NCBI GenBank assembly: GCA_018823885.1
Contig: JAHJHG010000005.1
Coordinates: 1 to 56,858, forward strand
Reading direction: 5' to 3'
DNA: 56,858 bases
From: Patescibacteria group bacterium
GTDB taxonomy: Bacteria > Patescibacteriota > Microgenomatia > UBA8517
Shown: positions 8,074 through 14,506 of the stretch, one piece after another
Layout: each line of letters begins with the position of its first letter
Position numbering within the stretch: position 1 is the stretch's first letter
Program-made: the position numbers and the translations under genes
Notes under the pieces: model-generated
Databases searched by the model: none
What the model saw: the letters and a program-made list of their open reading frames with translations, nothing else
What the model was told of the DNA's origin: nothing

Positions 8074-9372
8074 TTAACCCCCTTTTTCGATTAACTTATT
8101 TTGCCAATCTTCAAGCATTTTTTCTGAAGGATCATTCCAGTTAAACAGCATGAAGACTTTCTTTATGATTTCTCTGGCAACGGCTTTGTGAGACACTTTT
8201 AACTCAACAGTTTGAATATCTTCGTTAATTTCTGCTGGTTCGTCTTTGCAAATGTAATGGGCACCCAAAATAGTTCCCTGACTTGCTTCTAGTTTTCTGT
8301 CTTTAGCTCCATAAAGCTTAAGTTGCAAATGTAGTCTTTTTACTTTTAAGTTTTTAAGATAAAGTCTTTTTAAAAATAGAGTCATTTCAGTTATAGAATA
8401 TATTCTACTTACAAAATACAGGATACTAAGTCCTTTTTTAGAAAATCCCATCATGTCTTCACCAAGCATTGCCGACCAAACAAATAGTCCACTTTTATAT
8501 AAACGCCATGCTTCACTGTGTGGAACTCTTTCACTCCCCGTAATTGACTGTTTCCCATTGTTAAAATTTGAGAAATTTCCATGAACATCAATGTGGGGGA
8601 AATCCCAACCTCTCAATCTTACCTTGCTTTGCTCAACCATCTTTCCAGCTTCAACAGGGTTGTCTATTAATTGATCATTGTAATCATGTGGGTGAACCAC
8701 AAGCTCCCACCTTCCTATCTCCTCAATATTCTCAAGATTGGCTCGGACAAAACCGAGGGCCTCTTTGATGTCATTGTCGAATTTTTTGTTTTTGTCATCT
8801 GCTTTTTTTATTATCGGAGATCCACTCACAATCCTTTTTATTGTTTCGAAAATTTCTTCACTCTTCTTGGTTATCCCTCTTCCTAAAATTCTTCTCATTT
8901 CATCAACGTTGCTTATGGCTTCACTTGTATTTTTCTTGGTTCTTATATACACAGCGCCTTTTGTAAGTAAAATCTCGTTATCCTTTGAGTGGAGTGTTTT
9001 TTTGCAAATAATTGGTTCTTCAGCAAACTCAGGAATGTCTATCACTACTGTTAGTTTGTTGTTCACTTTCATTTTAACAACATCGCAACTTAAGGGCGGG
9101 TCTGCGTACTCTTGAAGAAGTTGGTTAATTGGGGTCGTGTCAAAAGCATAAAATTCCTTTTCGGTTATTCCTACGTGCTTAAACGCCTTATCGGTCACAC
9201 CTATCACAATTTTTCCACCATCTCTCGTGTTTGCCATGGCCATAATGTCTTTGATAATTTCAATTCTTGGGCTTTTGTTTTGCTTGCTCCAAACAAAACC
9301 TTCTTTAAAGTCCTTATTGATCGTTTCGGTTTTTTCTTCAATTAATGCCTTTATGTCTTCTTTTGTAAGCAT
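8074..9372 (-). CDS. AlbA_2/Schlafen-like domain protein with an uncharacterised C-terminal domain
   Basis: TETINKDFKE, IIKDIMAMANTRDGGKIVIGVTD and VYIR motifs of AlbA_2; C-terminal WELVVHP...VRLRGWDFP domain. Confidence 0.85.
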   Translation of the reverse strand: MLTKEDIKALIEEKTETINKDFKEGFVWSKQNKSPRIEIIKDIMAMANTRDGGKIVIGVTDKAFKHVGITEKEFYAFDTTPINQLLQEYADPPLSCDVVKMKVNNKLTVVIDIPEFAEEPIICKKTLHSKDNEILLTKGAVYIRTKKNTSEAISNVDEMRRILGRGITKKSEEIFETIKRIVSGSPIIKKADDKNKKFDNDIKEALGFVRANLENIEEIGRWELVVHPHDYNDQLIDNPVEAGKMVEQSKVRLRGWDFPHIDVHGNFSNFNNGKQSITGSERVPHSEAWRLYKSGLFVWSAMLGEDMMGFSKKGLSILYFVSRIYSITEMTLFLKRLYLKNLKVKRLHLQLKLYGAKDRKLEASQGTILGAHYICKDEPAEINEDIQTVELKVSHKAVAREIIKKVFMLFNWNDPSEKMLEDWQNKLIEKGG

Positions 9373-9471
9373 GTGCTACCCATATTTTAACAGATAGCCA
9401 CTAAGAAAATTGTGAACGAGTGAAGTTTGTCAAGGACTTTTTTAGAATATCCCGAGAATACGGCCATTTCG

Positions 9472-9606
9472 ATGGGTAGACTACCGGATGCTGTTAGAAC
9501 TCATTTTATGACCTCTGAGGATAAGGAAAGGCTGTTATTGACGAAATTTTTGCTTCTTAATAATGATTTTGGTGGAAATATACACACGCTACAATTTACT
9601 ACATAA
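9472..9606 (+). pseudogene. Mini-ORF/remnant B (MGRLPDAVRTHFMTSEDKERLLLTKFLL..., 44 aa), homologous to 7424-7543
   Basis: Ungapped codon alignment with remnant A; ATG 9472, TAA 9604-9606; lies between the AlbA_2 and RM genes. Confidence 0.5.
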
Positions 9607-9622
9607 AAGTAGGCTCAGAAAT

Positions 9623-12403
9623 TCAGATTATTTCTGTCGTAACCCCCTCCACAATCTTAATTTCTTCAGAATTAAGACCATACATATCATAAACTTCTTC
9701 GTTAATCTTCTCATCTATATCTTCCACTCTTTTTTTAAGCACCTCTCTATTGTCTGTAAGGTCAGAAAGATTATCCAACTGTTTTTCAAGCACAATCACC
9801 TTATTTACTAGATCCACTAATTTCTTCTTTTTTCCAATTTTCACAACGAGACTATTAAGATACTTAGGCAAATATTCGTAAGACTCGCCCATTTTTTTTG
9901 ACTTTGATCGAATATAGAAACCAAAAAGTCTGGAGTTCAGCAAACCTAAAAAGTACTTTATATCAACATCGGATTTAGCAAATAGGACAGTCGTATTATG
10001 TCTTGAACCCACCATTCCTTTGTTGTCATAAATGAATATATTATCTTTTGCCCTTGATCTACAAAACAATTTTCCCTCACCCCAAGGGTATTCGATCATA
10101 GGGCGTGCTAATCCCAAACCAAGCTTTTCGTTTCTTCTTTTGTTTCTTTCTAAAATCATTGTTCTGTTTGTTTTCAAATATTTTTTAAGATTGGGGGTTT
10201 TCGATAGATCACTATGTTTATCAATATGTATCATATACTTATTTGTTTCACTAGAAAGATATTTTCTCTGTATATTGGTCGATCTAATAAATTTTCTTAG
10301 ATATTTTTTTTCCAGATTGAAATTTTCTACAGTTTTCTTATCAATAATATATATCTCGTCTAGAGCCGTTAGGGGAGTATTTTTTATATCAAAATGTTTT
10401 GTAATTGGCTCACCCTCATTTTCGAACTTCGCTATCAATTTTGACGCAGTTGGCTTTTCTAAACTCCAAATATCCATCTGCTTCAATTTCACCTGCTTTA
10501 TATAAAAGGGTTTTGTATAAATATCGTCAAGATAAATTGTTATTATATTTTTTTCTGGTTTTTTGTTCCTCAAGGTTATTATCGCAGTATGAACACTCGC
10601 TCCTTCAAAAACTTGCTTCTTTCTAAAATCAATTATTGAAAGTATTTCCACATTATCTAAAAGATATTCTCTAAGCTTCTTAGCATAAACAGATTCCAAA
10701 AAATATCTTGAGACTATAAAAGACATCACGCCTCCTTGCCTTAGAAGTTTTATGCCTTTTAAAATAAAATAGTAGAGCAGGTCATTTTTCCCTGAATATA
10801 TTTCATTATACTTTTGATGAAAATATTCTTTTAATTCACTACTTTGCTTACCTTTTGCCCAGCCCACATAAGGTGGATTGCCTATAACAATATCAAACCC
10901 CCCCTTATCAAAAACATCGGAAAATTCTCTCTCCCAATTAAAAGGCTTTTGATCTCTCCAATCCTCGCCAAAAATTTTCTTAAGGTCTTTTTCTGAGCCT
11001 GATACAAGTGAGTTTCCCACTTTTACGTTGTCTGTCAGCATTGGCAGCTTATGACCTGGCTCTAGAGCCTTTATAAGCATGTTTAATCGAGCTATCTCCG
11101 TTGCCTGAGGGTCTAAATCTACACCGAAAATGCTGTTTTTTAATATCTTATATTTGGTCGACATCTCTCCATTTTTAGACTCATCTTTATCTTTTTTCTT
11201 TGAGTATTCATTTATAACTGCAAATGCTTTAGTTAAGAATGAGCCACTCCCACAGGCTGGGTCTATGATTTTAATATCCCCAATTCTTTCAGGTTGATCA
11301 GAAAGAATATTTCCAAGCGTGTTTCTAACAATATATTCAACGATATAAGAAGGTGTATAGTATATTCCTTGTTTTTTCCTTTTGCTCTTAGTGCCGTCTA
11401 TGCCTTGCACATATCCTAAATATTGTTCATAAACACTGCCCAATACATCAACATCAATGGCATCAAATCTGTATTTAACACCCCTCTCCTTTTCTCCGTA
11501 AAGCTGTGGAATAATTTTAGAGAAAGGGTCACCTTCTGTATTCAATTCTTCGCAAACATGAGGGCTGAAAAGATTACTATTGTATTTCCCGTCAAATTTT
11601 TTAAAAAGGGGTTTTAATACTTTTATAAAGTTGTTCGATTCTCTACGCTCACTTTCCCACTTTTTAAATATTTGCCACAGCTTTTTCTCCTCAAACTCCC
11701 TATCCTCAACAACTCTTATAAAAATAAGCCTGTCTAATATTCTCTGCACTGATTCATTTATTACCTCTTCGCTTTTATCTGTATTCCATTGCAAAAGATT
11801 GTTGGTTAATTTCTCTCTCCAGTTTAACAAGTCTTGAGCTAACTTTTCGTTAACACTCTCTCTAGTAGATGTTATTCCCCATTTCGAAGCTTGCTTTTGA
11901 AGTTCTTTTTGCTCAAAAGACTGCTTAGAAAGTAACCACAAATTATCAAACTCTTTAAGATACTCCTTATAGGTCAAATTAAGATTTGCTTTTGGATGAT
12001 CTATTTTCCACTCTGAATTGAAAAGCTTAAGACCCTCGAAGTCGCTTAAAACGACCCAAGTTATTCCCTTGTTCCACCCATATTCAATTGCCTGCATTGC
12101 CCATTTTTCTTTATTTAGATCTTCAGGAATGGCTTTCGCCTCAAGAATAAACTGCGTAATATTGTTTAATCTAAAAGAGTAGTCAATTCTTCCTCCAACA
12201 ATTGAAGTCTCTTCCTCAACAACTTCATTGTCAACATGCTCATTGTCTACATCCCATCCCAAAGCTTCAAAAAGAGGCATTATAAACATCCTTCGTGTAT
12301 CTGCCTCGTTTATCGTTTTAAGTCTAGTTTCAGAAACACCTTCATATTTTTTAACAAGCCGTTCAATCTTGTTTCTAGCCTCCTTTTTATAATCTACGCT
12401 CAT
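9623..12403 (-). CDS. Type IIG restriction-modification enzyme (fused endonuclease, N6-adenine methyltransferase and target-recognition domain)
   Basis: N-terminal ADTRRMFIMPLFEALGWD and RIDY...ILEAK (PD-(D/E)xK nuclease); GIYYTP, DPACGSGSFL (motif I), GNPPY (motif IV); TaqI_C-like C-terminus. Confidence 0.92.
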   Translation of the reverse strand: MSVDYKKEARNKIERLVKKYEGVSETRLKTINEADTRRMFIMPLFEALGWDVDNEHVDNEVVEEETSIVGGRIDYSFRLNNITQFILEAKAIPEDLNKEKWAMQAIEYGWNKGITWVVLSDFEGLKLFNSEWKIDHPKANLNLTYKEYLKEFDNLWLLSKQSFEQKELQKQASKWGITSTRESVNEKLAQDLLNWREKLTNNLLQWNTDKSEEVINESVQRILDRLIFIRVVEDREFEEKKLWQIFKKWESERRESNNFIKVLKPLFKKFDGKYNSNLFSPHVCEELNTEGDPFSKIIPQLYGEKERGVKYRFDAIDVDVLGSVYEQYLGYVQGIDGTKSKRKKQGIYYTPSYIVEYIVRNTLGNILSDQPERIGDIKIIDPACGSGSFLTKAFAVINEYSKKKDKDESKNGEMSTKYKILKNSIFGVDLDPQATEIARLNMLIKALEPGHKLPMLTDNVKVGNSLVSGSEKDLKKIFGEDWRDQKPFNWEREFSDVFDKGGFDIVIGNPPYVGWAKGKQSSELKEYFHQKYNEIYSGKNDLLYYFILKGIKLLRQGGVMSFIVSRYFLESVYAKKLREYLLDNVEILSIIDFRKKQVFEGASVHTAIITLRNKKPEKNIITIYLDDIYTKPFYIKQVKLKQMDIWSLEKPTASKLIAKFENEGEPITKHFDIKNTPLTALDEIYIIDKKTVENFNLEKKYLRKFIRSTNIQRKYLSSETNKYMIHIDKHSDLSKTPNLKKYLKTNRTMILERNKRRNEKLGLGLARPMIEYPWGEGKLFCRSRAKDNIFIYDNKGMVGSRHNTTVLFAKSDVDIKYFLGLLNSRLFGFYIRSKSKKMGESYEYLPKYLNSLVVKIGKKKKLVDLVNKVIVLEKQLDNLSDLTDNREVLKKRVEDIDEKINEEVYDMYGLNSEEIKIVEGVTTEII

Positions 12404-12537
12404 CGGCCCAATTTTATCATTATTTTAATTTTTCGGAAAGAAAAATGTAATTCCCTCGGCGTTACCGGAGGATTTCCAAACAGCTGACTGGATAGAAAAA
12501 GACAGATTGAATCACATACTAGGAAATATGAGGTCTT

Positions 12538-12564
12538 GGGTGACTGACGGGACTCGAACCCCGT
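12538..12564 (-). pseudogene. 3' fragment of a tRNA (T-arm plus acceptor 3' strand), His-like
   Basis: Minus strand reads ACGGGGTTCGAGTCCCGTCAGTCACCC: GGTTCGAGTCC T-loop plus CAGTCACC acceptor strand. No D-arm or matching 5' acceptor strand found upstream. Confidence 0.65.
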
Positions 12565-12597
12565 AGCACAACCTATGTTTTCTCTGGGTGACCTTTT

Positions 12598-13245
12598 TTA
12601 TTTATTTGTAATTATAGGTAGGATGTGTTTTCGAATAAATGTATATAAAACGGCAATCATTCCAAACCAAAAAATATAAACAAAGAATGTACTGATCACA
12701 TCCGTACCTACAAACCATGCGTGTGCTGCTATTAAGAAAAATACAAAATAATTTAAAATATGAAATTTACGCCAATTTTCTTTCCACCAAACTTCATTTT
12801 TAACTATTGCCGCCAAGATAGCGAGAGATATAAGCCAAAAGGTAATTCTGCCGAAACTATAATAAAGCTCAATCGGCCTTGAACAGAGAAGACAAAAGTC
12901 AGTAAAGACATAAAAGGGATCGAGTACACCTCTTGTTTTGAAATTATAAATAAGAAATAGAAGAGGGTGTACCAATACCAATACGTAAGCAACAAACCCT
13001 TGAATTAGATGAAATTTAAAAATCCACGCTCCAAATTTTTCTTTCCACTTCTGCATAAATGCCCCGAGAATAATTTGCACAAACAATAAACTAAAAACAA
13101 CTAATCCTAAAATCCTTTGAAAAATATTAATTAAAAGAGGAACATTCTGGGTAATATCAAAAACTTTGACTGACTTTAATACAGCAAAAGGGCCTGACAA
13201 TAAAATAATAAACCATATAATAATAAAAGAAAGTTTTGATTTCAT
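12598..13245 (-). CDS. Ferric reductase-like transmembrane domain protein (MsrQ/Ferric_reduct family, no flavin domain)
   Basis: About 6 TMs with paired His residues (FHLIQG, VHP, FHILNY, AHA) spaced as in heme-b-binding ferric reductase TM domains; W..LH-like motif. Confidence 0.75.
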   Translation of the reverse strand: MKSKLSFIIIWFIILLSGPFAVLKSVKVFDITQNVPLLINIFQRILGLVVFSLLFVQIILGAFMQKWKEKFGAWIFKFHLIQGFVAYVLVLVHPLLFLIYNFKTRGVLDPFYVFTDFCLLCSRPIELYYSFGRITFWLISLAILAAIVKNEVWWKENWRKFHILNYFVFFLIAAHAWFVGTDVISTFFVYIFWFGMIAVLYTFIRKHILPIITNK

Positions 13246-13272
13246 GAGTAATTATTTGAAGTATACCAGAAG

Positions 13273-13354
13273 AAAAAGGGACTTACGGGTGGAGCTTGAG
13301 AGATAATGTTTCAAACTATACGGTGTTATACCGCAAGTCTTCTCAAGCCCCACC
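13273..13354 (-). ncRNA. Structured 3'-UTR element or terminator with two competing helices
   Basis: 14-bp stem (13341-13354 with 13288-13301, one G-U pair) and 8-bp stem (13332-13339 with 13280-13287), followed by a U-tract at 13273-13277. Confidence 0.55.
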
Positions 13355-13364
13355 TTTGTCGCAC

Positions 13365-13652
13365 CTACCCCGAGAGAGAAGCCAAAACCGCTGTTGAAGA
13401 TGCTATCATCATTGCTATTACGGCAAGTAGCAAGAGGCTATTGGTACGCTTTCTAGCGCTGTCATCTGAATTAGATAACATTGCAAAAACGTACATAATT
13501 AGTGAAATCACAAAAGAAAGTGAAAACACAACATCTAAAACGAAAGCCCAAGTCGAAACGTCAGGATCTGGTAATTTCCTGTACAAATGGATCGACGCAG
13601 TGGCAATCACTATTAGTGCAATCACAGCTAATAATATGCGTTTCTTGTCCAC
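13365..13652 (-). CDS. Small hypothetical membrane protein (3 TM)
   Basis: 95 aa, three hydrophobic segments, GTG start preceded by perfect Shine-Dalgarno AAGGAGGT. Confidence 0.75.
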   Translation of the reverse strand: MDKKRILLAVIALIVIATASIHLYRKLPDPDVSTWAFVLDVVFSLSFVISLIMYVFAMLSNSDDSARKRTNSLLLLAVIAMMIASSTAVLASLSG

Positions 13653-13674
13653 GCTTTTACCTCCTTATAGGTAG

Positions 13675-14211
13675 TTATGCAGGTCTTGCTCTCACGTAGA
13701 GTGCAAGTATAGAATTCGAGCGCTTGTTGATTAATCTTTCTCGTTTCGTTAGATGATTCAAGGAGCGCCTAAGCTCGGCGAGTTCTTTGTCAAATTCGCC
13801 GACTAATTTTTCATACTCCTTCTTGAGTTTGTCATACTCCGCCCCAATCTCTTCAAAAGCCAAGGATGTTGTTAATCTCTCCTCAGGCTTTTGGCCTTTC
13901 ATGATAAAAGCAAGCTGCATCTGTGCATCAACTTTAAGCTTGAAAAGTTGAGTTATTCTTCTTATTTCTTGGTTTTTCTGATCGGCTTGCTCCATCCTCA
14001 ATTCAAGCGCCGTCATTTCCATACCTATCTTGCGTAATGTTGTGGCACATCGATGTAAATACTTCTTCGCTTTTATGAAACGAAGAAAAAATGGGCCATA
14101 CTTCTTCCATATTCTCTTTGACATCACATTCTTACTGAAAGCAGCCCATATGTGGAAAACAAGCACAAATACTAATACCACAGCCAAGTAAGACAGCAGT
14201 TGCGTGAACAT
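13675..14211 (-). CDS. Hypothetical membrane-anchored coiled-coil protein
   Basis: N-terminal TM, heptad-rich body, SD AAAGGAG, consensus promoter upstream. Confidence 0.75.
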   Translation of the reverse strand: MFTQLLSYLAVVLVFVLVFHIWAAFSKNVMSKRIWKKYGPFFLRFIKAKKYLHRCATTLRKIGMEMTALELRMEQADQKNQEIRRITQLFKLKVDAQMQLAFIMKGQKPEERLTTSLAFEEIGAEYDKLKKEYEKLVGEFDKELAELRRSLNHLTKRERLINKRSNSILALYVRARPA

Positions 14212-14270
14212 TTTCTTTTCTCCTTTAAGGTGCGAATTTTTGGAATTAGTCTCTTTATCAGACTTGCAGA

Positions 14271-14299
14271 ATTATATAATTCTAGAAGACAAAAGTCAA
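14271..14299 (-). promoter_or_regulatory. Sigma70-type promoter TTGACT-N17-TATAAT with a 16-bp palindrome over the -10 box
   Basis: -35 at 14294-14299, -10 at 14271-14276; perfect palindrome AGAATTATATAATTCT at 14268-14283. Confidence 0.75.
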
Positions 14300-14316
14300 A
14301 CTATGGGTTATGAATG

Positions 14317-14390
14317 TGGTCGTGACAGGACTCGAACCTGTGGCCTCCGCAATGTGAATGCGGCGCTCTAGCCAACTGAGCTACACGACC
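14317..14390 (-). tRNA. tRNA-Val (anticodon CAC), CCA not encoded
   Basis: GGTCGTGTAGCTCAGTTGGCTAGAGCGCCGCATTCACATTGCGGAGGCCACAGGTTCGAGTCCTGTCACGACCA folds into a full cloverleaf; anticodon arm CCGCA-TTCACAT-TGCGG. Confidence 0.97.
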
Positions 14391-14445
14391 AAATAGTTAT
14401 TTCTTAACCCTGAATTTTATCATCTTCAGCGTTTCTTTAACAGGA

Positions 14446-14475
14446 TTGACATCCTAGTCTCTCTTTCGCTAAAGT
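14446..14475 (+). promoter_or_regulatory. Putative promoter of the GuaB/GuaC-like gene (TTGACA-N18-TAAAGT)
   Basis: Perfect -35 at 14446-14451 and near-consensus -10 at 14470-14475. Confidence 0.55.
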
Positions 14476-14506
14476 TAAATGTAATGATTCATATCATTAC
14501 GTAAGT

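Larger units (their letters stand above)
7424..12545. mobile_element. Putative integrase-less genomic islet carrying defence-type genes
   Basis: Bounded by identical 10-bp direct repeats, one of them inside a tRNA 3' fragment. Cargo is a type IIG RM gene, an AlbA_2 gene and a hypothetical gene. No recombinase gene inside. Confidence 0.55.

Noticed and set aside
12536-12566. TGA read-through (genetic code 25) in the frame LGD*RDSNP
   Set aside because: This is just the antisense translation of a tRNA 3' end; real genes here stop at TGA (e.g. 43066-43068), consistent with code 11
12531-12594. Intact tRNA-His
   Set aside because: No D-arm, no 5' acceptor strand, and an extra G distorts the T-stem; kept only as a fragment
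13286-13320. Fourth copy of the A/B/C mini-ORF repeat (ATGTTTCAAACT)
   Set aside because: Similarity is limited to a few bases, there is an in-frame stop, and the region is better explained by the RNA stem
13273-13354. HDV-like ribozyme or integron attC site
   Set aside because: No P4/J4-2 segment between the P1 and P2 3' arms, and no RYYYAAC/GTTRRRY ends
12546-14335. Direct repeat of the tRNA-Val 3' end defining an island at 12.5-14.3 kb
   Set aside because: The match covers only the universally conserved T-arm; the acceptor strands differ (CAGTCACC versus CACGACC)
7400-14400. Integrase, transposase or prophage genes
   Set aside because: No ORF with tyrosine recombinase, serine recombinase, DDE or phage structural motifs
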